DNA from: Sedimentisphaerales bacterium
GTDB taxonomy: Bacteria; Planctomycetota; Phycisphaerae; Sedimentisphaerales; SM23-30
Assembly: GCA_963663965.2 (NCBI GenBank)
Contig: CAXXFK010000017.1
Location: 1 to 48,713, forward strand
Direction: 5' to 3'
DNA: 48,713 bases
The position numbers and the translations under genes are program-made. The notes beneath the pieces were generated by a model that was not told the origin of the DNA, made no database searches, and was given only the letters and a program-made list of their open reading frames with translations. Shown here piece after piece: positions 38,490 through 48,713 of the stretch. Position 1 is the first letter of the stretch; the number at the start of each line of letters is the position of its first letter.

Positions 38490-41242
38490 GCTGCTAAAAC
38501 CTCATTCAATTCATCCAAAATTCTGTCCAGGTCATCGCCAAAGAGTTGATACATGCGCGCCAGTCCGCCCGCCGCGTCAAAGGGTGCGTAATCCAGATCG
38601 TCCCGGTCGATATGAAAGCTGCCGGCCACATGGTCTTTGATCATCCGCAGCCAGGCCATCTGCTCTTCGCTGAACTTGGCCTGGTCGCCGGCGTGTTTGC
38701 CGAACACCCACTGCTGAAAATTCCGGTTCACCGTCGCTTCATAACTGGTCAGGGCGCTATCGATCCCCAGCGTGCGCCGGATGAGCGAAACCAGCATGGT
38801 CAGTTCCTTTTCCGGAGTGGTCCCGTTGACCTTCTCAACCTGATGATACGCCTGCCACAGCGCCGCGGGGTGCAGTTGGGGCGCCCGCTGCCGCAGGATG
38901 TCCATGCACTCGTTCACCATGGTAAAGGTCAGCTCCCGCCGTCGCCAGGGCTGGCTGTAATAAATCGACAGGGCCATAATCTCATCCTTATGGGCCTCGA
39001 TAAACGCCGCGAAGTCGGCTATTAGCCCCTGGGCGTGTTCCCGCGTCTGGGCGTTCCAGCCGCTGTAAGTCACCTCATCCAGGTTGACCGTGTCGATAAT
39101 CTGCTCAAGCGACTTGCGGACATCTTCTACAAACCCGTTTAGCTCACCTGTAAACGGTGCCCGCGCCTCCTTCGCCAGTTCGCTCTGCGCCTGTTTCAGT
39201 TGCCCTTCATCCGGCACCGCCTCCGGCCCCAGCTTAAACAGCCGCCGGGCCACCTCCTCCTGCCGGTCGGGGTTGTGGGTATCCAATAGTTGCGTGGCGA
39301 CGGTACTGATGGACCGCCCGCCGGACAGCTCGGCGAATCGCTGGCGCTGCTGCGGCGTTATCTACCGGTCCAGCCGGGTCAAACGGCTGGCCAGACTGCA
39401 AAAGGTATCTTCATCCTCCGCTCCCATCATCGCCGAATAGAGCAGGTCTTTCAACGGTACCGACCGTTTCCGCTCCAGGCCCCGCGATTCGGTCTTGTTC
39501 GTTGTGACCACACCCACCGCGTCCACAATCACAAAATGGGTCTTGCCGCTCACGGCCGAAGGGGTAACCTTCCGCAAGTCATCATATCCCAGCGTCCGTG
39601 TCCCCCGCCCCTTCATCTGCTCAAAATAGTTGCGGCTGCGAACATCGCGCATAAACAGCAGGCATTCCAGCGGCTTGACATCGGTGCCGGTGGCGATCAT
39701 ATCCACCGTTACGGCGATACGCGGGTAATAATCATTGCGAAAACTCGCCAGCAGACTCTTGGAGTCCTCCTCGCTCTGGTAGGTCACCTTTTTGCAGAAT
39801 TCGTTGCCCTCGGCAAATTCTTCGCGCGCGATCTGGATGATATCATCCGCGTGGGAATCGGTCTTGGCAAAGATCAGTGTTTTGGGCGCTTCGTTCCGGC
39901 CCGGAAAAATCGCCGGCAGCGCCTCCCGAAAGGCACGGATCACCTGACGGATCTGGCTCGGATTCACCACATCCCGGTCGAGCTGCCGCCCGGCATAGGT
40001 TAATTCTTCATCCATCTGCTGCCAGCGCCGCTGTCGGGTCAGCCGGTTGCGTTTGTCCACATATTCGCCCACCTTCAGCGTACTGCCCTGGTGGGTTATG
40101 GCGGTTTCGATGGTGTAGATGTCGTATCCTACATTCACCCCATCCGCCACCGCCTGTTCGTGGGTGTACTCGCTGACAATATTCTCATTGAAAAAGCCAA
40201 AAGTCCGCTGATCCGGCGTCGCAGTCAATCCAATCAAAAACGCGTCGAAATACTCCAGTACCTGCCGCCAGATATTGTAAATCGACCGGTGGCATTCATC
40301 GATAATGATAAAATCGAAAAACTCCGGTCCGACTTTGGTATTGTAGGCCACCTCCCGCGGCCGGCCGGTATCGCGAAATTCGTTGGGATTGGCCAGTTCA
40401 GCCGATTCTTCGAGCTCTTCGCCGCGTAAAATGGAATACATCCGCTGGATCGTGCTGATACAAACCTGGCTGTCCGGCGCTACAAAGCTGCTGCACAGCC
40501 GCCGGACATTGTACAGCTCCGTAAACTTGCGGTTGTCATCGGTGGGCTGATAGGCCATGAACTCCTGCTCGGCCTGCTCGCCCAGGTTTTTGGTATCCAC
40601 CAGAAACAACACCCGCTTGGCGTTGGCGAACTTGAGCAGCCGATAAACCGCGGTAATGGCGGTAAAGGTCTTGCCGCTGCCCGTGGCCATCTGGATCAGC
40701 GAACGGGGCCAGTTGTCTGCAAAGGACCGCTCCAGGTGGGTAATCGCCCGGATCTGACACTCCCGCAATCCATCGGTCATCAGTGTCGGTAGGGTGTGCA
40801 ACCGCGCCCGCAGACTGTCGGGCTGGCCCAGCCATTCCAGCAGGGTTTCGGGCTTATGAAACGAAAAAACCGGCCGCGACCGCGGCTTGGGATCGCGTGT
40901 ATCGGTAAACCGGGTGATTTCGCCGGTACTTTCATAGATAAACGGCAGCGGCTGGCTGTCCGCAATCCATTTGAGCTTACTGCGGGCGTAGGCGCCCGAT
41001 TGATCTTCGTATTGGGTGAGGCGGTGCCCTTCTTCGGGTCGCTTGGCCTCGATCACCCCGCACGGCCGCCGATCCACAAACAGCACATAATCCGCCGGCC
41101 CCGAATCAGTCTGATATTCCCGCACCGCAATGCCCAACGCCGCCCCAAAGTTGATCCGATCCTTCGACTGAACCGCCCACCCCGCCGCTTTCAGCATGGC
41201 GTCAATCTGATCTCGGGCTATCTGTTCCGGGTTCTGATTCAT
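38486..41242 (-). pseudogene. hsdR: Type I restriction subunit R (918 codons) interrupted by one in-frame TAG
   Basis: ADYVLF..IEAK nuclease, MATGSGKT, DECHRS, GLTATP, EQMKGRGTR helicase motifs. TAG at 39362-39364 reads on in frame (ITPQQRQRF..) into the EcoEI-like C-terminal ORF 38486-39286. Confidence 0.9.
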
Positions 41243-41690
41243 TACTCTTTAATGCTCAATGAGTTAAGAAGATCATCCCGATAGGTCTCCAACCTGATCA
41301 TCATTCCCTTCCCATAATACCGCTAATGGTTTCACCATCTGCCATCTGTCCTTCTATTCATAAGCCGGATACCTCATATCGAGCGATAATAAATAGTTTA
41401 TACGATAGCAGACATTTAATCAATATCAGATTTTGACTAACCGATTATCCCAACCGTTGTTATTGACTGCCTTTTTGTATCACACCTCTGGGCCGACCTG
41501 AGCATTCTTGTTTTGTTTATAGGCCATTCGCATTTACGATTGGTATCAATATGCTGGCTCGGACAGTTAAAATTCCAACGTTTAATGAATGAGTTGCGGA
41601 TCCAATAGGCGACAGATCATTTGTTCTAACTTAAATCTTATTGTACTAAGTGTACTTAATCATCATTCATTAACTTAGATTGTCATGGTA

Positions 41691-43793
41691 TTATTTTGTC
41701 AATACCGCGGCACAAGCCTGCCTTAAATACTCTTCAAATTGCCAGTAACCACTCCCGCCGGTCTGACGGGTAATGACCAGGTCCAGACTGGGGATAAAAG
41801 CAATGATCTGACCGCCGGAACCGGGTTTGTAACGGGCATCGACCGGGATTCCGGCGCCGCTGCGATTCAGTGTATTCTGACTGGTCAGATTAGCCGGCAG
41901 CTCCCAGCCATGTGAAAATATTTTGGGATTCAGTTTCCAGCGCATCTCCGGAATCTCAACGGTATGGGTCGGCTTCAATGTCTGCTCGACAAACCAGTTG
42001 GGGATGATCTGTCGGCCCTGCCAGCGTCCGCCCCGGAGCATACAATAGGCAATCCGTGCCAGATCACGGGCCGGCATTCCCATTCCATGGGATGGATGAC
42101 GACCCATTTCCTCCTCGCCATCGTAATACTGAAACCACCAGTGTTCACATCCAATCGGTTTGAACAATGCCTCGATTGCAAATGTATCATAAGGCTTACC
42201 GGTAACATACTCACACACCAATGCCGCATGGGCCAGGGCATGGGTTGAATAACCGCAACCGGCACCCGGATCAAATGCCAGCTTCTCCGTTCGTTCATCA
42301 CCGCTATGACCCAGAATATACTGCCAGGTGCCATCATTGGGAGCCCCGGTCGCTTCCGGGCAGATACCCGAGGTGTGATTGAGCAATTGTTTAACGGTAA
42401 TTTGTTTCTTACGCGGATCACTGAGCGGTTGGGCCCAGAGAATAAAATCAAAGGCTCGATCATCAAAGGACATTTTATGTGGAGTTTTGCCCTGCTGACT
42501 CAGTTCCGAGGCAATCGCCAACACCGTTGCACAGATCGCCTTGGAAACCGACGCTACCCGGCGGCTATCGGTCTTACTGTTATTACCCCGTTCCATTTCC
42601 AACACAATGTAGCCATTATGAATGACCACTGCGGCAAAATCCCGATTATCACTTTGCAGCAGCCATTGTCTTAATCCCTCCAATTTCTCAGGATCCATTC
42701 CTCCCTGGCGGCGAATCGCCTCGGCATCCTCCAGTTTCCGCCAACCACCCTGCGACTCGGCCGGTGGAAAATACTTCTCACCAATGGATAGTCCAGCCAG
42801 TTCTCTCAAGGTATCATAAACGACCTGATCGTCGGCACTGCCATGAAAGTTGAATGGGAAATCCTGGTTTATATCATCTTCCATTAATCCCCATGAAGCC
42901 CCATTTTCCACTGACAAACGGGCCGCCCGGGCTGCCTGTTCGCCAAATTTGTGGTCTTCATTGCAGACAATCGGTTTACCATATTTTTCCAAGGCTTTGA
43001 TCCGGACCGGAATATCATCCAACCGAGTTCCGTTGAAATGAATGAGCAGGAAATCGCTGGCCAATACCACTTCCTCCGGCAATCGGCCATCCCCTAATCC
43101 ACTGGTCGATACCAGCAATTGAGGCCAGCTTTGCCGGGCCAACTGAATTAATTCCGCCTGACCGGCAGGCTGCTTCAGGATTGGATGATCGAAACCGGAA
43201 TGATTGAACTCATTGGCAATTTCCAGAACGACATTGGTATACCCCGACGACTTAAGCCACTGAACCACATTGACCACTCCTGCACGAACTGCCTGGTCAT
43301 CCTGCAAAAACTGGTCCTGCCGCTGATAATAACACCCTAAAATCACCACCATTCCGCATCGATCACAGGCATCGATTACCTGCTTTACCCGTTGCAAATA
43401 GTCATTACGCAGAGTACCATCCGGATTAAATGCTGAATTCTTCGCCCCTTCATAACCGGGAAATCCACCTTGTAGATTGATGGTGAAGGCATTGACACCA
43501 TGAGCGATATAATCAGGAAGGGCGGCAAGCAATTCTTCGGTATTCTTACCGGGATCAAAATCTGACCGGTTTCTATCCTCAAATATCGCGTTGACCATCC
43601 GCACATTTAGCAACAATCCTTCAGCCGGTGCCCCCTGATTGGTCGGTTGGTCATTAAGATACCAGCGATCCCCTTCAATGGATACCCTCGTTTGTCCGGT
43701 TTGCTCACTATAAATTGCCGTATTTAATAAAAACACATACCCTAATCCTATTGTCAACATCATTCGGTCGAAGTTTTTGATTCTGATGATCAT
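41691..43793 (-). CDS. Exported fusion: glycoside-hydrolase-like TIM barrel plus beta-lactamase-family serine hydrolase
   Basis: Signal-like N-terminus; VVLEIANEF and PIVCNED in the N-half; ASVSK (SxxK), LLNHTSG, YST, ARDLARIA and IPSLDLVI in the C-half. Confidence 0.8.
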   Translation of the reverse strand: MIIRIKNFDRMMLTIGLGYVFLLNTAIYSEQTGQTRVSIEGDRWYLNDQPTNQGAPAEGLLLNVRMVNAIFEDRNRSDFDPGKNTEELLAALPDYIAHGVNAFTINLQGGFPGYEGAKNSAFNPDGTLRNDYLQRVKQVIDACDRCGMVVILGCYYQRQDQFLQDDQAVRAGVVNVVQWLKSSGYTNVVLEIANEFNHSGFDHPILKQPAGQAELIQLARQSWPQLLVSTSGLGDGRLPEEVVLASDFLLIHFNGTRLDDIPVRIKALEKYGKPIVCNEDHKFGEQAARAARLSVENGASWGLMEDDINQDFPFNFHGSADDQVVYDTLRELAGLSIGEKYFPPAESQGGWRKLEDAEAIRRQGGMDPEKLEGLRQWLLQSDNRDFAAVVIHNGYIVLEMERGNNSKTDSRRVASVSKAICATVLAIASELSQQGKTPHKMSFDDRAFDFILWAQPLSDPRKKQITVKQLLNHTSGICPEATGAPNDGTWQYILGHSGDERTEKLAFDPGAGCGYSTHALAHAALVCEYVTGKPYDTFAIEALFKPIGCEHWWFQYYDGEEEMGRHPSHGMGMPARDLARIAYCMLRGGRWQGRQIIPNWFVEQTLKPTHTVEIPEMRWKLNPKIFSHGWELPANLTSQNTLNRSGAGIPVDARYKPGSGGQIIAFIPSLDLVITRQTGGSGYWQFEEYLRQACAAVLTK

Positions 43794-43895
43794 AAAGTGC
43801 CTTCATTGCGGATAAAGGGAATATTGAATTAAAAAATCAATTAGCAAATAATAAATAAGCGTGATAGCTAACTGTCTGCTTTAATTATCCTGACA

Positions 43896-45056
43896 TCACG
43901 AGCCCCGCCGGATCGAATCGCTGCCATATTTTTCTCGGATCTGATCAAAAGCAGTATCCAGTTTCTTTTGTTTTTCTTCTTCCGGATCGGTGAATAACAG
44001 TTGTTGACCGCTGCCCGCTGAAGATAAATTCGAAGTACCGAATCCCAGCAGCCTTAACGGCCCTTGTGAGGTCTGGCGCCACTGGTTAAAGATTTTCAGT
44101 GCTTCTTGCAGCAGCAGATCGGTAATATGTGTGGATTGGTTCAAAGTAACACTGCGGGTAATCGTTCGAAAATCATCATAACGAAATTTCAATGTGATCG
44201 TTCGACATTGCAGCTTCTCAGTCCGGAGCCTCTGGGACACTTCTTCTACCTGGTGAACTAATATCTGCTTAAGTGTCTCTTTATCATCTATATCGTTAGC
44301 AAAGGTTTCTTCGGCAGACAAGCTTTTGGCCTCAGTCTGCGAAACCACCGGGCGGTGATCGATCCCGCGTGCAAGCTGAAGAATCTCTTCAGTCTGATTT
44401 CCCAGGATCCTCACCAGTTTGTCGCGAGGAGCTGTCCGCAACTGCAAAACCGTTATCATGCCGATCTGATTCAAACGCTGCGCGGTGACCTTGCCAATCC
44501 CCCATATTCTGGTCACGGGCAATGGATCCAGGATCGATTGCTTGGTCTGTTCAGTGATAATTACAAATCCATCGGGTTTTTCCAGATCCGAGGCCAGTTT
44601 AGCCAGAAATTTATTCGGCGCCACGCCTACGGATGCGGTCAGGCCGGTCTGACTTTTGATCTCGAATTTGATCGTTTGACCAATCTGCTCAGCAGAACCA
44701 AACAGGGCTTGACTACCCGTCACATCGAGAAAGGCCTCATCCAGAGACAGTGGCTCTACCTCTGGGGTGTAATTCTGGAAAATGGTCTGGATTTGGCGTG
44801 ACACTTCGACATAAAGTGGCATACGAACCGGCAGCACAATGGCATGGGGACACAACCGGAGCGCCTGGCTCATGGGCATGGCTGAATGGATCCCGTATTT
44901 TCTGGCTGGATAGGAACAGGCGGCCACCACACCCCGTTGAGTCGCGGCCCCGCCTACCAGGACGGGCTTGCCTTGCAGACTAAGATTGTCCCTCACTTCA
45001 ACTGAAGCGTAGAAGGCATCCATATCAATATGAAGAATGGCACGAGCAGAATTCAT
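43896..45056 (-). CDS. dinB: DNA polymerase IV (Y family)
   Basis: ILHIDMDAFYASVE, CSYPARKYGIHSAMP, SLDEAFLDV, NKFLAKLASDLEKPDG. Confidence 0.96.
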   Translation of the reverse strand: MNSARAILHIDMDAFYASVEVRDNLSLQGKPVLVGGAATQRGVVAACSYPARKYGIHSAMPMSQALRLCPHAIVLPVRMPLYVEVSRQIQTIFQNYTPEVEPLSLDEAFLDVTGSQALFGSAEQIGQTIKFEIKSQTGLTASVGVAPNKFLAKLASDLEKPDGFVIITEQTKQSILDPLPVTRIWGIGKVTAQRLNQIGMITVLQLRTAPRDKLVRILGNQTEEILQLARGIDHRPVVSQTEAKSLSAEETFANDIDDKETLKQILVHQVEEVSQRLRTEKLQCRTITLKFRYDDFRTITRSVTLNQSTHITDLLLQEALKIFNQWRQTSQGPLRLLGFGTSNLSSAGSGQQLLFTDPEEEKQKKLDTAFDQIREKYGSDSIRRGS

Positions 45057-45187
45057 ACCATAGATTATAAAGCGGATATGGGGGGTAAAAAAGGATAAAA
45101 TAACGGTGTTCGTATACTGGATATAAGACTTATTTCACCCGAATCAATAGCTTAATTATCTACACATAAAACCAATATTACGATGGA

Positions 45188-46123
45188 TCATTTCTGAACA
45201 GCAAGAGTCATATCTCCGATGACTCGATTGACTTCCGCTTGATCATTATCGCGATTTGATTTACTGATTTGCAGAGCACACTCAACAACGAACCTGTTTG
45301 TACCGGGAATGGCTAAAATTTCATTTACCGACAGAAAGCCTTTGAAGGTCTTTTTCCCCGGCTTCAAATTAATATTATTGGGTCTGATTTGCCTGACCTT
45401 GGGATGGGCGTTTTCATCTTTCGCAACTTTTTTCAAGGTATTGTATGCCTTATCAACTGTCAGGGTATTCTTATCAAGCTCTTTGACCAGCGTTGGATTC
45501 TGTTCTTGATGCTTGACAATATACTCAGCATGATTCAAAGTGGTTCGTGAAATCCCAACCTCCCGGGCAGCCTGTTCCGTCGAATCGACACTCAAAATCG
45601 GGTTAGACAGATCTGTACAACCCGATTGCAGATTACCTTTATAGTCAGTACTTTTGCGATCACCACCCCCAGCGGCCATATTCTGTCGCCCCAACTCCTC
45701 ATAAATGGGCTTTAGTTTTAATGCCAACTGAGCTTTTTGCCAGGTAGTTAGATTCCTACGCCCCATCTGATTTTTAATAATCCAGATAGCTGCTTCAGCC
45801 CGATCAGCAAAGTATCGTTCAATAAGATCATACTTGATATTCAGTCTTTTGCAGATCGCATAACGGTTATGGCCATCGATCAGGATATTATTCCAGACCA
45901 CCAGGGCATCCCGGCATCCCTCTTTTTGCAATGAGGCTTCCAGCTGCTTTCGTTCCTCTTCAGCCAGCGGGGTCAGCAATCTTTCAAACTCAGGATCGAT
46001 CCGCACGGATTGTTGCTCCTCCTCGCACTTCATTGTTTCTGCTTCATCGCTCGCATTTTGTTCAACGGCTACGGAATCGGCAACGGTGTCTGGTTCTGGC
46101 TTTTCAATTGTTGATTTTGTCAT
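45188..46123 (-). CDS. ParB/Spo0J N-terminal-domain protein of mobile-element type
   Basis: IDPEFERLLTPL..LEASLQKEGCRDALVVW..IDGHNRY..NQMGRRNL, then HTH AAREVGISRTT. ATG 46123 follows GAGAGG; the ORF track starts at 46210. Confidence 0.8.
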   Translation of the reverse strand: MTKSTIEKPEPDTVADSVAVEQNASDEAETMKCEEEQQSVRIDPEFERLLTPLAEEERKQLEASLQKEGCRDALVVWNNILIDGHNRYAICKRLNIKYDLIERYFADRAEAAIWIIKNQMGRRNLTTWQKAQLALKLKPIYEELGRQNMAAGGGDRKSTDYKGNLQSGCTDLSNPILSVDSTEQAAREVGISRTTLNHAEYIVKHQEQNPTLVKELDKNTLTVDKAYNTLKKVAKDENAHPKVRQIRPNNINLKPGKKTFKGFLSVNEILAIPGTNRFVVECALQISKSNRDNDQAEVNRVIGDMTLAVQK

Positions 46124-46604
46124 TAGAAAACCTCTCAATTCTTTCTGTTGATAGGATGGCTCATTACCTGCCCTCTTCATTATTTCAAAAATTACGAATA
46201 TATTGTGCAATGCACCACAATTACGAATAAGAAAACAGGGTGCATATTCTTAATCCTACTGTCCCTAGCGTCTTTAATGATAATGACTTATCAGGATTCG
46301 ACACTTGGCATAATCGGTTCTCAGATCGATTCATCATGCCCCAATCAGATTCTCGCATTGGCCGTTTACATAAATGACTCCAGCCAAAGATCAAATGAAC
46401 GATTAAGATTGACATTTTCACCACCATCATCAGCCTTGAGCATTCCTGGGATATCGGATTCGTCGCGGCTAACTGACTGTCAACATGGCCTTTAGGAGAT
46501 ATCACTCCCAGGCAACATAGCCCATCACCTGACAAAATAAACCGGTATTTCAAGTTCTTAAAATTGGCTGCGGCCCTGCCGCTTCGATCGCCGCTCGTCC
46601 CCGG

Positions 46605-46749
46605 CGAAAAATCGAAACCTGCGAAAATACGCGAAGAAGCGAAATTCAACCGCGTAGCGGCGAATAAACGAATCCGGTTACGGCGAACTCCGCGAAAACG
46701 CGAATTTCGGGACGAGCGGCGATCGAACCCTCGAAAAACGAAAAGCGAA
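46605..46749 (+). repeat. Tract of 14 same-strand CGAA motifs
   Basis: CGAA at 46605, 46613, 46622, 46632, 46640, 46661, 46669, 46684, 46693, 46701, 46724, 46732, 46739 and 46746. Confidence 0.75.
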
Positions 46750-47093
46750 ATTGATGCATCGTAAATGGGTATTTCAGTTTTTGCTTGGTTCATGGTTAGA
46801 TCCGGGAGATTAATATTTTATTTACTTATACTTCTACTTCGCTTCGCTTCGTTCATTAAAGAACGAAAGGGCCACGGAATTTCCGGGAAATGCGGGAGAC
46901 AAATAAATTACCAACTCCCCCACGGCGTTCATGAAAGTAAAAAGTGCCATAGAGATAAACTAGACGGCACTTAAGCTGTCACTCAAAACGAACTTTGACC
47001 CAATCAGCTTTTATAAGCCAAAATAGCTTTTATAACAGAATCATAGAGATAACTGCGTGTTCGGAAACTGATTTTAGAGTATCAGAAGAACAT

Positions 47094-48230
47094 TTAGTCT
47101 TCCGGTTCATCTCGTTCATCAGCCTCCCAGCTTTCAATCAACTTTTTCGCGCCAGCCTGCCAGAACGCGATCAGATTTTTTATACGCCCGCGGCTGGCAT
47201 CAAAGTCTTTCTTTTTTTTCTGCATTAGCGCTACCAGATCGACAACCAATTCCTGGCCGCCAATTTCCCAGGCCTCTTCCAATCTATTTTTCAGTGAGGT
47301 ACGGTCCGATAGCGCCTGCTGACAAATTTCTGGATGCGATGTTACCGACGGCCTGATACTGGGAACGAGCTTCTCACACCAGAGATAAGCCCGGTCGATG
47401 ATTTGCATCTTCGCATGTAACGGCTTCTGACTGACATCCTCCAATATCAATCGGGGAGAGGCACTTTCAGGATCGACCTCGCCCAAATCAAACCGGGAAC
47501 GCATTTTATCATAAAAGTCAGATACGACTCCAACTATATGAGATTCGGACACCCCCGACTCAGGCATTGGCAGATCAGCACATCTGGTATCTTCATTAAC
47601 ATTAGTATCCGTGACTGATTCCATCGGATTTTCAAAAGTATCCAATTGGATCACCGATAATGGCTTGTGTTCAGCAGCAATTGCATTCAAACCTGAAGCA
47701 TAGGAGTGGATATGTTCAAGTAACTGGACATCACCAGTTTGGGCCCACCCACAGGATTCAACCGCAATCAATTTGACCTCCAGTAATACTTTCCATAACC
47801 GCGCAATGTCAGTTTCACTCATACCCCATTCCTGAGAAGCCATCTCCAGCGTATAGGCATCACTGTTCTCGCTGATAACCCAGCCTCGCCGTTGTGGTTC
47901 TTTGGCTGCGGCATCTTCTCGATGGCCACTAGCGATACTCCTCATGCGGCCATAAATCCCCTCTGCCGCGGCATGTTCCAATCCAGAACCACAGCGATCT
48001 CGCAATAAACTGATCGCATTGTAGTAAAAACGGGTAGTTACCCGATCGGGTTCCCGGCAATACCTCAATGGTTCCTGCCTCAATCGCTGACCCAACTGCC
48101 ATGGCCTGCCGCTTGAATTGACCTCATACCATTTTTCCCAGTTAAGAATTCTGATTGCATCGAAACAGTGTGTGTTAGGTGTCATAAGATTCCTTTCATT
48201 TAAAAGGGTTATATTGAATTTATTACTCAC
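47094..48230 (-). CDS. Hypothetical protein of the mobile module (possibly replication-related; likely start 48185)
   Basis: Long ORF coupled to the upstream HTH gene; GAAAGGA precedes ATG 48185; no firm family motif. Confidence 0.6.
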   Translation of the reverse strand: MSNKFNITLLNERNLMTPNTHCFDAIRILNWEKWYEVNSSGRPWQLGQRLRQEPLRYCREPDRVTTRFYYNAISLLRDRCGSGLEHAAAEGIYGRMRSIASGHREDAAAKEPQRRGWVISENSDAYTLEMASQEWGMSETDIARLWKVLLEVKLIAVESCGWAQTGDVQLLEHIHSYASGLNAIAAEHKPLSVIQLDTFENPMESVTDTNVNEDTRCADLPMPESGVSESHIVGVVSDFYDKMRSRFDLGEVDPESASPRLILEDVSQKPLHAKMQIIDRAYLWCEKLVPSIRPSVTSHPEICQQALSDRTSLKNRLEEAWEIGGQELVVDLVALMQKKKKDFDASRGRIKNLIAFWQAGAKKLIESWEADERDEPED

Positions 48231-48486
48231 AACCAGGGAGCCGTCCGCGTTCGACCGCTTTCCTGATTAATTTTTCCAATGAGGTCCGGCAATAAACCCG
48301 CCGACACCGCCTCTGACCAGATCCAATACGCAGACTCTTCAATCCGCCGGCCTCAAGTTGTGGCCGCAGATTATGAAAATGCCGGATAGAAATTCCCATC
48401 ATCGCCGCCGCTTCATTGGCCGTGATGAGTATCGGGATAAGATTAGTTCCTTTTTTGTTTTTCATGACAAATCGTTTTCTGATCAA
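48223..48486 (-). CDS. Excisionase/AlpA-like small HTH protein
   Basis: LITANEAAAMMGISIRHFHNL..GLKSLRIG..RRVY pattern of Xis-type winged HTH. Confidence 0.7.
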   Translation of the reverse strand: MIRKRFVMKNKKGTNLIPILITANEAAAMMGISIRHFHNLRPQLEAGGLKSLRIGSGQRRCRRVYCRTSLEKLIRKAVERGRLPGCE

Positions 48487-48713
48487 TAACGTGCCTATTT
48501 TTCATTCTGATAAATGTCGATTCACAATATTCGTTGGAATTATGACACCAAAACAACCAAAGTCAACACAACTTCTTTTTTTGCAATACGTTACAACGCT
48601 CAATTCTAAGTTATAACTAAGTGACACTATAAGTTATGGATAAGTCTTTTTCTACTTGAGAAGTGCATCTATCTGGCTGTCAATCAACCAGTAATATAGA
48701 CAAAAACCCGTTA

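Larger units (their letters stand above)
27787..48713. mobile_element. Putative integrative genomic island at the tRNA-Val 3' end, extending beyond the window
   Basis: Abrupt switch after the tRNA to minus-strand R-M and defence genes, patchy AT-rich genes, an IS and RAYT, and ParB-like/Xis-like genes at the far end. No integrase or second att copy is visible in the window. Confidence 0.6.

Noticed and set aside
33098..39364. Stop-codon recoding (Sec, Pyl or alternative code) to explain the in-frame TGA and TAG
   Set aside because: TAG and TGA terminate ordinary genes in this window (TAG for the S1 gene, TGA for the PPIase). Each stop is one transition from Trp or Gln, and the HEPN gene is also IS-disrupted.
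39290..40003. 237-aa plus-strand ORF and other ORFs opposite hsdR
   Set aside because: Antisense shadows of a clear hsdR frame.
46221..46793. 190-aa minus-strand ORF (and 66-aa plus-strand ORF) over the CGAA tract
   Set aside because: Composition is dictated by the repeat and no family motif is visible; not supported as protein-coding, though not excluded.

Overview
Bacterial chromosomal window. Gene content suggests Planctomycetota/PVC (inference only). The left part (1-27.8 kb) is core-like. It holds a tandem ATP-cone protein, a parvulin PPIase, two orphan PAS histidine kinases and a MerR-DnaJ-rnpA-yidD cluster. It also holds a long operon of three SPFH (HflK/HflC/HflK-like) genes, a P1B ATPase, ABC exporter parts, a helical protein and a GNAT, followed by a DnaA-box cluster, dnaA, an S1 protein and tRNA-Val(GAC). 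The right part (27.8 kb to the window end) looks like an integrative island at the tRNA 3' end. It carries a type I R-M locus (hsdR with one in-frame amber, hsdS, hsdM) filled with accessory nuclease or toxin genes: GHKL+PD-(D/E)xK, a HEPN gene broken by an IS3 and a nonsense codon, a RusA-like gene, DUF3800 with a convergent structured RNA, and GIY-YIG-RAMA. Further cargo is a glycoside hydrolase/serine hydrolase fusion, dinB and a ParB-like/unknown/Xis-like module around a CGAA-repeat tract. The most striking observation is between hsdS and hsdM. The accessory genes there are separated by a repeated boundary made of an hsdM 5'-end remnant fused, at the same junction, to a REP doublet. A REP-associated tyrosine transposase sits next to the intact hsdM. 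This suggests a possible RAYT/REP-linked cassette array of defence genes. All family assignments come from visual motif recognition; no searches were run.
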